A stretch of 32,452 nucleotides of DNA from Deltaproteobacteria bacterium (GTDB taxonomy: Bacteria; CG2-30-53-67). The notes beneath the pieces were generated by a model. That model was given only the letters and a program-made list of their open reading frames with translations. It was not told the DNA's origin and did no database searches. A program made the position numbers and the translations under genes. The stretch lies in NCBI GenBank assembly GCA_013151235.1, contig JAADIO010000024.1, positions 1-32,452 of the forward strand, read 5' to 3'. Below are positions 17,451-27,244 of the stretch, one piece after another (within the stretch, counting starts at the first letter, position 1; each line of letters begins with the position of its first letter).

Positions 17451-17466
17451 TGGCACACATCTTGCT
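17451..17466 (+). promoter_or_regulatory. Sigma54 (-24/-12) promoter
   Basis: TGGCAC-ACATC-TTGCT matches the TGGCAC-N5-TTGCW consensus. Confidence 0.85.
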
Positions 17467-17559
17467 CCTTGACTGAATGAATTTCGTCCGCACCGGGATT
17501 ATTGCAGCTTGCGTCCGGGCAAAACAGCTTGTTTCATCTTGATGGAAGTGAAGGAAGAT

Positions 17560-19599
17560 ATGCGATTGATCACGGGGATCTTTTTCTTATTGGTTTTTGC
17601 AGGTGTCCTCCTCCCTTTCTCAGGCCGCCCTGCCTGGGCCGCCTCGGAGACGGAGGCGGGTCATCCTTTTGTTCCGGTACACGAAGGGGACCTCCGTCCA
17701 GGACAGGATATCCTTTCTCTGGCCTATGACCATTATCGTGCAGGTCGTTTTGAAAAGGCTGCAGCACTCCTCGAACCTTTCGTGGAGAAAGTGACCGATG
17801 CCCGAGCCAAAGAGGCGGCGCTGCTTCTTTTGAGCAACTGCTATTATCGAAGGAATGCCGGGGATCCGAAAGTCAATATGCAGATGACCCTGAAAACGGA
17901 TCAGAAATTGCTAGTACTTTTTCCGAATTCCATTGTCGTTCCGAGAACGCGTTACCGAATGGCGGGGATTTATTTTCGACAGAAGATGTTTCGACAGGCG
18001 ATTTTTCAGTATCGGAAAATCCTTCATGACTTTCCGGGCTTTCCTGATTCTGCATCCGTCATGTTTGATCTGGGGAAATCGATGGTTGCCGCCCGGAGAG
18101 TGAAAGAAGGATTGAAGTGGATCGAGAACGTGCCGGCGCAATATCCGAAGGATCCGGTCATTATAAAAGTTTATGCCTATCTGATTCGATATGACATGAA
18201 TCGGAAGCAGTATCGTCGGGCACTCAAGAGGTTTGCCTCCTTGACAACCGATCAGATTATGTTTCATCCGGGACTTCGAAAGATGTACCCCGAGTTGTTA
18301 TATCAGTTGAGACGCTATAATAAAGCCCGGAATTTTTTCTTCAAGGTACTGAATGTCTATCCGGATGATCCCGATGCATCGCTCTGGTCCGTCCGGATTG
18401 GGGATATCTACCATTTGGAAAACCGGAACCGGGATGCCCTGAAAATCTATTACCAGACCCGGGAACGTTTTCCCGGTAGTGAAGGAGCCATCCTGGCTCG
18501 AGCGGGGATTCTCGATGTCCGCAATCGTGATCAGGCATCTCCCTTATCGTTCAAAAAGGTTATCGAAGGATATGACAAGCTTCTTACGGAGGTGCCGGAA
18601 GGGCCTCTCCGGGGTCTGGTACTGATGCGAAAAGCGATCTTCCTGTCCCGCAACCATGCCCTGCGGGAGTCACTTGTACTATTTCATCAATTTTTCAGTG
18701 AATATCCTGAGAGTCCCTATCGAAAACAATGTGAAGAAATTTATCGCAAGGCCTTTGACGATCGGATCATCGATTTGTACAAGCAGAGCGGTTATCCGGA
18801 GATCGTCGAGCTGATGCAGCAGCATAAACATCATCTGACCTTGAAGAGGCTTTCACCCGGTGTTCTCTGGAAGATTGCGGACAGTCATTATCAGGTTGCC
18901 TTTTTTCATACCGCAGTGTCGATGATGGAAGAGCTTGTCCGCGTCGATGCGCCTGCCCGGAAGAATCAAACACTCCTCTTTGAGTTGGGGGAAAGCCATC
19001 TCGAACTGGGGCAGATCAAGCAGGCGATGCAGGTATTACAGGGACTTCTGAAAAGGTTCCCGAAGGGTCCTTTCGCCGGTGATGTCTACGTGTTAAAAGG
19101 ACGGCAGGCCTTCCTTACAGGAGATCCCGGTCATGCGATCGCCTATTGTACGACTGCTCTTCGGAAGGGGTGTCGGAGACGATCCGTGGAAGCCTACTAT
19201 TTTCTTGGATGTGCCTACCGCCAGACGGGGAATGTGAGGCATGCCCGGAGAATGTTTCAGAAGGTGCTGCAACAAGGGTCCCGGAATCTTTCGACATGGG
19301 AACGGCAGCTTCCGCAGGGCGCCCGTTTTGCACTGGGTGATCTTCTGTATGACCAGGGGAAAAAAACGGAAGCGATGAAGGTCTATCAGGAAGCGGTTCA
19401 GCTTTATCCCGGCGATCAGAATGCCGACTGGGCTCGATACCGAATGGCCTTGATCCAGTCCGACCGGGGAAACCCGGAGGCGGCGCTGACAACGCTCGAA
19501 GGGATCCGGCGGGAATCCAATGAAGACCTGCTGGGGCTTTTGATCCGGACGGCGATCGGAGAGATACGGTGGCATCAGAAAGTTGCCAAGGTGTTGTGA
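17560..19599 (+). CDS. Exported tetratricopeptide-repeat protein
   Basis: Signal peptide MRLITGIFFLLVFAGVLL...PAWAA; many TPR-like repeats (e.g. ARFALGDLLYDQGKKTEAMKVYQEAVQLYP). ATG 17560 follows AAGGAAG. Confidence 0.85.
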   Translation: MRLITGIFFLLVFAGVLLPFSGRPAWAASETEAGHPFVPVHEGDLRPGQDILSLAYDHYRAGRFEKAAALLEPFVEKVTDARAKEAALLLLSNCYYRRNAGDPKVNMQMTLKTDQKLLVLFPNSIVVPRTRYRMAGIYFRQKMFRQAIFQYRKILHDFPGFPDSASVMFDLGKSMVAARRVKEGLKWIENVPAQYPKDPVIIKVYAYLIRYDMNRKQYRRALKRFASLTTDQIMFHPGLRKMYPELLYQLRRYNKARNFFFKVLNVYPDDPDASLWSVRIGDIYHLENRNRDALKIYYQTRERFPGSEGAILARAGILDVRNRDQASPLSFKKVIEGYDKLLTEVPEGPLRGLVLMRKAIFLSRNHALRESLVLFHQFFSEYPESPYRKQCEEIYRKAFDDRIIDLYKQSGYPEIVELMQQHKHHLTLKRLSPGVLWKIADSHYQVAFFHTAVSMMEELVRVDAPARKNQTLLFELGESHLELGQIKQAMQVLQGLLKRFPKGPFAGDVYVLKGRQAFLTGDPGHAIAYCTTALRKGCRRRSVEAYYFLGCAYRQTGNVRHARRMFQKVLQQGSRNLSTWERQLPQGARFALGDLLYDQGKKTEAMKVYQEAVQLYPGDQNADWARYRMALIQSDRGNPEAALTTLEGIRRESNEDLLGLLIRTAIGEIRWHQKVAKVL

Positions 19600-19624
19600 A
19601 ACGCAAGCAGGCGGGAGAGGATAG

Positions 19625-20911
19625 ATGAAAAGTAAATCGGACAAGGAACTGGAACTTTTAAGCCGTGCCCTGGAGACTTTTCACCAGGCTTCGGGGCAAT
19701 TGGAACAGTCCTACAGCCAGTTGGAAGAGAAGGTCGAAGTCCTGACCCGGGAATTGGAGAAGAAGAACCGGGATCTGGTACGAAACCTGGAAGAAAAAGA
19801 AAAAATGAAATGCTATCTCCACAACATTCTGGAGAGTCTGCGAACGGGCGTGATTGTCCTTGACCTTTCTTGCCGGATTACCGTCTGCAATCGTGCCGTG
19901 GAGGAACTGATCTGCGAGTCGCCGCAGACAATCCGCAAGAAGGGGTTGGCATCTGTTCTCGGGACTGCGGGACGCGGTTCCAAAGATCAGGAAGATTTGA
20001 GATCTCTGATGAAGATGCTCGACCAAACGTCGATCGTACGGGTCAATGGACGGCAGGAACGGACCATCCATCTCTCCACCTCCGTGCTGAACGACGAAGA
20101 GGAGAACGTGATCGGCGGGATTATCCTCCTGAAGGATGTCACGGAGATTCGGAGACTGGAAGAGGAGGCGGCCCGGCGCAACCGGTTAACCTCCATGGGG
20201 GAGATGGCCGCAAATATTGCACATGAGATCCGTAATCCCCTGGGGGGGATTGAACTCTTTGCTTCTCTGCTGAAGGAAGAACTGAAGGATGATCCCGATC
20301 GTGCAGTTTTGGTCAGTAACATCAGTGCCGGTGTGCAAAGCCTGAATCATATTCTTTCCAACCTGCTCTACTACAGCCGGCCGTTGCGACCGGTTTTTCT
20401 CCCCCTGTCGGTGCAGGGGATCCTGGATGAGTCCCTGGTCTTTGCCGGGCATCTGTTGGGGCAGAAGGGGATCCGCTGGAGTTGTGAGCATGCGGGAGAG
20501 GACCGGGAATTGATCAGCGATGGGGAACTGCTGAAACAAATTTTTATGAACCTGATCTTAAATGCGGTACAGGCAATGCCCGGAGGAGGAGATCTGCGGG
20601 TGACTTCTGAGATCGGAGAAAAGGAAGTGGAATTCCGTATTGCCGACAACGGCCCGGGGATTCCGGAAGAAAGCCTTCAGAGGATCTTTCATCCCTTTTA
20701 TACGACACGGCCCAAAGGAACCGGGTTGGGGCTGGCGATTGTCCACCAGTTGGTGGAGACCCTCGGCGGGAAGATTTCCGTGGAGAGCCGCGTCGGCGAA
20801 GGGACCACTTTTTTTATTGTTTTTCCTTTGGCCGGCGGTTCCTCAGGGTCGGGGATGGGCATCCTGACATCCCGGATACGGGAAGTCCCGGGCGTTATAT
20901 CGGCGTCATGA
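19625..20911 (+). CDS. FleS/FlrB-like PAS histidine kinase
   Basis: N-terminal coiled coil (FHQASGQLEQSYSQLEEKV), PAS, MGEMAANIAHEIRNPLGGIELFASLL, GTGLGLAIV; paired with the downstream activator. Confidence 0.9.
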   Translation: MKSKSDKELELLSRALETFHQASGQLEQSYSQLEEKVEVLTRELEKKNRDLVRNLEEKEKMKCYLHNILESLRTGVIVLDLSCRITVCNRAVEELICESPQTIRKKGLASVLGTAGRGSKDQEDLRSLMKMLDQTSIVRVNGRQERTIHLSTSVLNDEEENVIGGIILLKDVTEIRRLEEEAARRNRLTSMGEMAANIAHEIRNPLGGIELFASLLKEELKDDPDRAVLVSNISAGVQSLNHILSNLLYYSRPLRPVFLPLSVQGILDESLVFAGHLLGQKGIRWSCEHAGEDRELISDGELLKQIFMNLILNAVQAMPGGGDLRVTSEIGEKEVEFRIADNGPGIPEESLQRIFHPFYTTRPKGTGLGLAIVHQLVETLGGKISVESRVGEGTTFFIVFPLAGGSSGSGMGILTSRIREVPGVISAS

Positions 20912-21022
20912 ACCCCGTGGTTCTTTTCGGGAATACGGCAGTCTGCCGCGTCGGGGCAAGTCTTTCCCGGTAGGTACGGTATTTGCGAACAGGAACACTC
21001 AGCAAAACTTTCAGGAGTACTC

Positions 21023-22453
21023 ATGGGAAAATTAAAGATTCTTGTCGTGGATGATGATGGACAGATGCGATCGGGACTAAAAGAGGCGTTGACCCGCTAC
21101 GGATATTCCGTGGATCCCTGCGTCTGTGTGGACGAGGCATTAAAAGCCATGGCAAAGACACGCTATGCAATGGTGATCACCGATATGCGGATGCCGGGAC
21201 AATCGGGACTGGATCTGCTGACGGAAGTTCAAAAGAGATTTCCGGAAACTCCGGTGGTTGTTATGACCGCTTTCGGGACCATTCAGGATGCCGTGGATGT
21301 GATGAAGGGAGGTGCCTTCGATTATCTGATGAAACCCTTTGACCGGGAAATCTTGGGAAAAGTGGTTGCCCGGGCACTGGGAGAGACGACGAAGCCGACG
21401 CGTAGAAAGCCTTCTCGTTCTTGTGGGTGTCGGCATAAGGTGGAGAAGGAATTCGTGACACGGGACCCTGCGATGATCAAGACCTTGCGGTTCATCCGTG
21501 AGATCTCAACCAGTGATTCCACGGTCCTGATCCAGGGAGAGAGCGGGACAGGCAAGGAGTTGATTGCCCGTATGATCCATCAAAACAGCTCCGTTGCTTC
21601 CGGTCATTTTGTGGCGGTTAATTGTGCGGCCATTCCGGAGGGGCTGCTGGAAAGCGAACTCTTCGGTTACGAAAAAGGGGCCTTCAGCGGCGCGCATACG
21701 CGGAAAATCGGAAAATTCGAGCAGGCCGACGGCGGGACCCTGCTCCTTGATGAAGTGGGTGAGATGGACCTGATCCTGCAGGCGAAACTTCTCCGGGTTA
21801 TCCAGGAAAGGGAGATCGACCGTATTGGAGGGAGCCGGGCAATTCCGGTTCATGTACGGATTCTGGCGACCACCAATCGGGACCTGCGCCGGGAAGTGGA
21901 GGAAGGACGTTTTCGTGAGGACCTCTTCTATCGTCTCAATGTGGTCCCGTTGCGGATTCCCCCGCTTCGGGAACGTCCCTGCGATATCCTCCCCCTCTGT
22001 GAATATTTCATCCGGCGCCGCGATGTCGGTGGACGCCGGGGGACGCGACGACTTTCCCCCGAGGCGGTGTCCTTCCTGAAGAAAAAGAACTTCCCCGGGA
22101 ATGCTCGTGAACTGGAAAATCTGATTGAGCGGGCGATGCTGGTTGCCCGGGGGGATGTGATCGGTGTGGATGATCTGACGGTACCGGACTGCGGTGTCCG
22201 TCCGACGGAATCGATCCGAGTCTTGCCGGGCAAAGGGGGATCGGTAAAAGACATGGAGCAGGAGCTGGTTCTGCAGACCCTGCGGGAGGTTCATGGAAAC
22301 CGGACGCAGGCCGCAGTCCTGCTTGGCATTAGTATCCGTACTTTGCGGAATAAGCTGGCGGAGTATCGCAAGATCGGGATTACGGTGCCCGACTATGAAC
22401 CGGCGCGGCATGCAGGGAAGAGGGGGGCGGCCCTTCGATGTGCACAAGGGTAG
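21023..22453 (+). CDS. FleR/FlrC/FlbD-like sigma54-dependent response regulator
   Basis: REC (ITDMRMP), GESGTGKE, GAFSGA, HTH GNRTQAAVLLGISIRTLRNKL; directly upstream of flgB. Confidence 0.9.
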   Translation: MGKLKILVVDDDGQMRSGLKEALTRYGYSVDPCVCVDEALKAMAKTRYAMVITDMRMPGQSGLDLLTEVQKRFPETPVVVMTAFGTIQDAVDVMKGGAFDYLMKPFDREILGKVVARALGETTKPTRRKPSRSCGCRHKVEKEFVTRDPAMIKTLRFIREISTSDSTVLIQGESGTGKELIARMIHQNSSVASGHFVAVNCAAIPEGLLESELFGYEKGAFSGAHTRKIGKFEQADGGTLLLDEVGEMDLILQAKLLRVIQEREIDRIGGSRAIPVHVRILATTNRDLRREVEEGRFREDLFYRLNVVPLRIPPLRERPCDILPLCEYFIRRRDVGGRRGTRRLSPEAVSFLKKKNFPGNARELENLIERAMLVARGDVIGVDDLTVPDCGVRPTESIRVLPGKGGSVKDMEQELVLQTLREVHGNRTQAAVLLGISIRTLRNKLAEYRKIGITVPDYEPARHAGKRGAALRCAQG

Positions 22454-22467
22454 GAGCATCGTGCCGA

Positions 22468-22496
22468 TGCGGGAAAAATTTGCCTACTTTCCCGCA
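22468..22496. promoter_or_regulatory. Inverted repeat (terminator or activator binding site) upstream of the flgB promoter
   Basis: TGCGGGAAA-N11-TTTCCCGCA, overlapping GGAAAAATTTGCC. Confidence 0.4.
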
Positions 22497-22617
22497 GGGG
22501 TCAGCAGGTGCAGAAGGTCAATGAACAACATGAAGCAAACAACGTAACTGTCGGAATTATGATCGATCACCGGGACCCTGTAAGAGTACTTTTTGGAGGG
22601 GACCGTCCGGATCGTTA

Positions 22618-22633
22618 TGGCATGCAACTTGCT
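22618..22633 (+). promoter_or_regulatory. Sigma54 (-24/-12) promoter of the flgB operon
   Basis: TGGCAT-GCAAC-TTGCT with GG-N10-GC spacing. Confidence 0.85.
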
Positions 22634-22691
22634 TATAGGGTTGTCGGAGTATCTCCGCAACGGAAAGTTTTGAGATCGGGAGGAGAAGACA

Positions 22692-23099
22692 ATGGCGGAT
22701 CTTTTTGGAAACGAATTTCAGGTACTGGCCCGCTCCCTCGACTTCTGCGCAGAGCGCAATAACCTGATTACGGCAAATTTAGCCAATGCCGATACTCCCG
22801 GTTACAAGGCGGTGCGGATTGATTTTGAGAAAACACTACAGGGAATGCTCAAGAAACAGGGAGGAGAAGAGCTCCGGAGGACCGATCCGAAACATTTTTC
22901 CATGGACCCGGCAGCAACGGTGGCGGGACCGAAGATTACCATCCGGGAGGACTCCCTCAAACAGGATGGCAATTCCGTTAATATGGACGAAGAAGTTGCA
23001 AGGATGTCCATGAATCAAATCCGGTACAACGCCGGTGTGGAGGTACTGAATAACCTTTTCAAGAACCTTGAGTATGCGATTCAGGAGGGAGGACAGTAG
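22692..23099 (+). CDS. flgB: Flagellar basal-body rod protein FlgB
   Basis: ITANLANADTPGYKA, DGNSVNMDEE. Confidence 0.96.
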   Translation: MADLFGNEFQVLARSLDFCAERNNLITANLANADTPGYKAVRIDFEKTLQGMLKKQGGEELRRTDPKHFSMDPAATVAGPKITIREDSLKQDGNSVNMDEEVARMSMNQIRYNAGVEVLNNLFKNLEYAIQEGGQ

Positions 23100-23100
23100 A

Positions 23101-23538
23101 ATGGATTTTTTTGATGCAATGAACATCAGCGCGTCGGCGCTGAACGCACAGCGAGAAAGGATGAACGTTGTGGCGAGCAACCTGGCGAATATTCACACCA
23201 CCCGCACGCCCGATGGGGGTCCTTACCGTAAAAAGAGCGTCGTCTTTGAAGCGCAGAGCCTCGGCAGCCCCTTTGACAGTATGCTTCAGGACCGGCTGCG
23301 GGAACAGGTGCAGGGGGTCCGGGTGGCTGGAATCGAGTCGAGCAATAAACCCCCGCTTCGAGTCTACGATCCCTCCCATCCAGATGCGGATAAAGATGGG
23401 TATGTACTGAAACCGGACATCAATCTGATGTCGGAGATCGTCGATATGATTTCCGCTTCCCGTTCTTTCGAGGCGGATGTCAGCGCGGTGAAAACCTCCA
23501 AGAACATGGCGTTGAAGGCCTTGGAAATAGGTCGTTAA
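23101..23538 (+). CDS. flgC: Flagellar basal-body rod protein FlgC
   Basis: ISASALNAQRERMNVVASNLAN, GGPYRKK, YDPSHPDA; ATG at 23101. Confidence 0.96.
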   Translation: MDFFDAMNISASALNAQRERMNVVASNLANIHTTRTPDGGPYRKKSVVFEAQSLGSPFDSMLQDRLREQVQGVRVAGIESSNKPPLRVYDPSHPDADKDGYVLKPDINLMSEIVDMISASRSFEADVSAVKTSKNMALKALEIGR

Positions 23539-23557
23539 GAATCTGTAGGAGAAGATT

Positions 23558-23860
23558 ATGCAAAAGATCGGCATGGAACAGCCTCTTTCCATTCTCCGGG
23601 GAGATTCGCCGGCGGGGAAAGCGGGGAAGGAAGTTCAAAAAGGCACTTTCGCTGATTTGCTGAAGCATTCGATTCACGAGGTTGATCAGGTGCAGAAAGA
23701 TGCGGTCCGGGCCGCCGAGAACCTGGCCGTGGGCAAGACGGAGAATATTCATGAAACCATGATTGCTCTGAAAAAGGCGGAGCTCTCTTTCAAAATGATG
23801 ATGCAGGTACGCAACAAGATTGTGAAGGCTTATGAAGAGATCATGCGGATGCAGGTCTGA
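23558..23860 (+). CDS. fliE: Flagellar hook-basal body protein FliE
   Basis: C-terminal QVRNKIVKAYEEIMRMQV. Confidence 0.96.
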   Translation: MQKIGMEQPLSILRGDSPAGKAGKEVQKGTFADLLKHSIHEVDQVQKDAVRAAENLAVGKTENIHETMIALKKAELSFKMMMQVRNKIVKAYEEIMRMQV

Positions 23861-23919
23861 GAACCGGGCACATGTTTTTGAAGGTGTTGTATTAAGACAA
23901 TATCGGCAAAGGAGAAACG

Positions 23920-25500
23920 ATGGCGGAATCCAAGAGTAATTTTCTTGCCGGCCTGGGAGAACTTCCCACGCCGAAGAAGATCCTGATTCTGGGGCTCCTC
24001 GGAACGGCGGCCGCCGGATTCATCTTTTTCATTATTTCTCTGCAAAAGCCTTCCTATGTTCTTCTTTATTCCGGGCTGAATGCAACGGATGCATCGGCGG
24101 TCGTGGATGAGCTCCGGAAGGAACGGGTTCCCTATGAAATCGGTGCGGAAGGGGGGAGCATCCTGGTGCCGGGAGACAAGCTTTATGAGGCCCGGCTTTC
24201 CCTGGCCGGGAAAGGGTTGCCGCAGAACGGTGTCGGTTTCGAGATTTTTGACAAGGTAAATATTGGGACGACGGAGTTCGTCCAGAAAATGAATTATCAG
24301 CGTGCCATGCAGGGCGAACTGGCTCGTACGATCTCTCAGATCGACGGCGTGGAACGGAGCCGTGTTCATATCTCCATTCCTCAGGAATCGGTCTTTGTCG
24401 AAGATCAGCAGAAGACGACGGCTTCGGTTTTTCTCAAGCTCAAACCGGGATTCAGACTGGTGGACAAACAGGCCAAAGGCATCTCTTATCTTGTTGCCGG
24501 TGCGGTGGAAGGGCTAAGTGCGGAGAATGTTACGATTATGGATACCGAGGGCAGGATCTTGAGCGGCCCCCAGGATGAAGACTCCGCTCTGGGACTCTCC
24601 AGCTCGCAAGCCGAAATGCAGCGGAACCTGGAAAAGCATCTGGAGAAGAATATCCGGACCATGCTCGAAAAGGTGATCGGTCCGGGCAAAGTCGCCGCTC
24701 AGGTCAGTGCTACGCTGAATTTCAAACAGGTACACAAGACGGAAGAGATCTATGATCCGAATGTGACGGCCGTCCGGAGTGAACAGACGAGCAAGGAAAA
24801 AACAAGCGGACAAAATGCGGTGCCTTCGGGGGTCCCCGGAGTGGCGTCCAACGTTCCGGGGCAGGGCGGCGGTGCTTCATCCGGGTTGAGCAGTAAGACG
24901 TCTCAGCGGCAGAGTGATACCGTAAATTATGAAATCAACAAAGTCACCCGGCAAGTGATCGATCCGGTGGGCACGATCAAGCGTCTTACCGTGGCCGTCC
25001 TGGTGGATGGGACCTACAAAGCGGTTAAGGGCTCCAAGGAGTTGCAATACACTCCCCAGACCAAGGAGCAGATGGCCAAATATGAGACGTTGATCAAGGG
25101 TGTGGTAGGCTTTGACGCGTCTCGGGGAGATGAGATCCACATCGAGAATATTCCCTTCCAGCGCGGCAGCGATGAAGCCTGGGTCGACAAGGGGGATTCA
25201 GGAGGCATCATCAGTCCGATGATGATCATTGTTCTGCGGTATGTTCTTGTCCTGCTTTTCGGGATCCTCTTCCTCCTCTTCTTTGTGAAACCGCTTGTGA
25301 ACTGGCTGACCGCACAGTCTACGGGGGGGGGCTATCCCGCGACGGTCGGGGAGTTGGAGTCGGCCTTGAATGCAAAGATGCTGCCGGGGATGAATGCCAA
25401 TACGCAGGAAAATATGAAAGAAGAAATTCATCAACTGGTGAAGGACGATCCTGCGTTGGCGACCACCCTGGTTCGTGAATGGTTGAATGAGAGGGGATAG
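23920..25500 (+). CDS. fliF: Flagellar MS-ring protein FliF
   Basis: GFEIFD, YQRAMQGELARTI, two TM segments, LVREWL C-terminus. Confidence 0.96.
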   Translation: MAESKSNFLAGLGELPTPKKILILGLLGTAAAGFIFFIISLQKPSYVLLYSGLNATDASAVVDELRKERVPYEIGAEGGSILVPGDKLYEARLSLAGKGLPQNGVGFEIFDKVNIGTTEFVQKMNYQRAMQGELARTISQIDGVERSRVHISIPQESVFVEDQQKTTASVFLKLKPGFRLVDKQAKGISYLVAGAVEGLSAENVTIMDTEGRILSGPQDEDSALGLSSSQAEMQRNLEKHLEKNIRTMLEKVIGPGKVAAQVSATLNFKQVHKTEEIYDPNVTAVRSEQTSKEKTSGQNAVPSGVPGVASNVPGQGGGASSGLSSKTSQRQSDTVNYEINKVTRQVIDPVGTIKRLTVAVLVDGTYKAVKGSKELQYTPQTKEQMAKYETLIKGVVGFDASRGDEIHIENIPFQRGSDEAWVDKGDSGGIISPMMIIVLRYVLVLLFGILFLLFFVKPLVNWLTAQSTGGGYPATVGELESALNAKMLPGMNANTQENMKEEIHQLVKDDPALATTLVREWLNERG

Positions 25501-25506
25501 CGGCGG

Positions 25507-26511
25507 ATGGCTGAGAAACTGATCGGACCGGAAAAAGCGGCATTGTTGGTGATGGCTTTGGGGGAAAACTTCGCCCAGGTCCTGCAGGGACTTGAGAATT
25601 TCGAAATCCAGAAACTGGGCGCCTACATGACCAAGACCAAGGATGTATCCATGGAAGATCTGGAAAGAGTGATCAGTGAGTATCACCAGAAGGCCTTTCA
25701 GTCCAAGGGGGGACTGCCCATCTGCGATGAAGGGTACGTAAAGCGCCTGATTCTTTCTGCGCTTGGGGAACAGCGGGCACGTCCGATCCTGGACAAACTC
25801 TCTTCCTCTCATACGGAGGTTGATCTCTCGTTCGTCCGCGAAATCGAACCTCGAAGCCTGGTGAACTTCATCAAGCTGGAACACCCCCAGACCATTGCCC
25901 TGATTGTCTCCAATCTTGGTCCTTCTCAGGCGGCGGAGGTTCTTTCCCTCCTGCCCGATGCCCTTCGTGCAGAGGTGGTCATGCGGATGGCCGGAATCAA
26001 GTCGGTCGATACCAGTATGATCAGCGAAATTGCCGGGGTCCTGGAACGGGAAGTGAAACTGTCCGGAGGTTCCACCGGGAGCCAGGAAATCGGAGGACTC
26101 CAGACCGTTGCCGAGATCATGAATAATATCGATAAGTCCGTCTCGGGTGAGATCTTTACCTACCTGGAGGAAAAAAACAAGGACCTTTCCGACGGGATTC
26201 GCGAACTGATGTTTGTCTTTGAAGATATTGCCATGATTGATGATCGCGGCATTCAGGCGATCCTGAAAAATATCGAGAACGACAAGCTGATTATCGCCCT
26301 GAAAACGGCCGATGACAATCTGAAGGAAAAGATCTTCCGTAATATGTCGACCCGTGCGGCGCAGATGATTGAAGAAGAAATGGAAGTGATGGGGCCCGTC
26401 CGGATCAGCGAGGTTGAGGAAGCACAGAAAGAAATTGCCGCGGCCGCCCGGAAGCTTGAAGAAAGCGGTGAGATCGTCATTTCCAGAGGAGAAGGGGATA
26501 TCGTTGTCTAA
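25507..26511 (+). CDS. fliG: Flagellar motor switch protein FliG
   Basis: EKAALLVMALG, EHPQTIALI, MFVFED, NMSTRAA...GPVR. Confidence 0.97.
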   Translation: MAEKLIGPEKAALLVMALGENFAQVLQGLENFEIQKLGAYMTKTKDVSMEDLERVISEYHQKAFQSKGGLPICDEGYVKRLILSALGEQRARPILDKLSSSHTEVDLSFVREIEPRSLVNFIKLEHPQTIALIVSNLGPSQAAEVLSLLPDALRAEVVMRMAGIKSVDTSMISEIAGVLEREVKLSGGSTGSQEIGGLQTVAEIMNNIDKSVSGEIFTYLEEKNKDLSDGIRELMFVFEDIAMIDDRGIQAILKNIENDKLIIALKTADDNLKEKIFRNMSTRAAQMIEEEMEVMGPVRISEVEEAQKEIAAAARKLEESGEIVISRGEGDIVV

Positions 26512-27244
26512 GTTGTCCGCGGAAGAAGACAAGATCGTCCGCTGGAGCCCGCAGGAGGTCCGGGGGATCCCCGCGGCACAATTGCGGTCGGTTGTTGTGG
26601 ATCCGCAGTCTCTTTTTGAAGTTTCCGGTTTTCTTGCGGGGAAGGAGGCCTGTGAAACTCGCCTTTCTCCGGAAGAGGTGATTTCCAAGGCAAAACAACG
26701 GGCCGATGAAATCGCCAAGGAGGCCTATAACAAAGGCTTTGAGCAGGGGGAGCGATCCGGATTCGAACTCGGCAACAAGAAGGCGGAGGCGGTGGCGGAG
26801 GCGTTTATGAATGCCGTTGAGGAGGTTCGGCATTGTCGGGAAGAACTCCTCCGGCAGGCGGAGACCGAAGCGGTCCGTCTGGCCATGGTGTTGGCGGAAA
26901 AGATTATTTATCGGGAGATCTCATTACAGGAAGATGTGATTATCGATGTGGCCCGGGAGGCGCTGGCCGTTTGTGCCGAGGATGACCGTATTCGGATTGA
27001 GGTCAATCCGGAAGATTATTCCTTTCTCGAAGGATGTGGGGATCGTTTCCGGAAGGAAGTCGGTGCGGCCCGGAAGATTGAAATTGTCGCCAACCCCGCC
27101 GTACGGAGAGGGGGATGCATTGTCGACACGGCATTAGGGAAGATTGATGCCCGTATTGAAGAAAAGATCGGGAGACTATTCGGAAAGCTCAGGGAAAAGA
27201 CCGGAGAATCACCACCGGAAACGGAGGAGGGGGAGAGCGTATGA
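26504..27244 (+). CDS. fliH: Flagellar assembly protein FliH
   Basis: AYNKGFEQGERSG GxxxG repeats, VNPED, GGCIVDT...IDA. Probable TTG start at 26504 overlapping the fliG stop. Confidence 0.9.
   Translation: MSKLSAEEDKIVRWSPQEVRGIPAAQLRSVVVDPQSLFEVSGFLAGKEACETRLSPEEVISKAKQRADEIAKEAYNKGFEQGERSGFELGNKKAEAVAEAFMNAVEEVRHCREELLRQAETEAVRLAMVLAEKIIYREISLQEDVIIDVAREALAVCAEDDRIRIEVNPEDYSFLEGCGDRFRKEVGAARKIEIVANPAVRRGGCIVDTALGKIDARIEEKIGRLFGKLREKTGESPPETEEGESV

Noticed and set aside
23866-23882. Sigma54-like GGCAC...TTTG upstream of fliF
   Set aside because: No GC at the -12 position with GG-N10-GC spacing.
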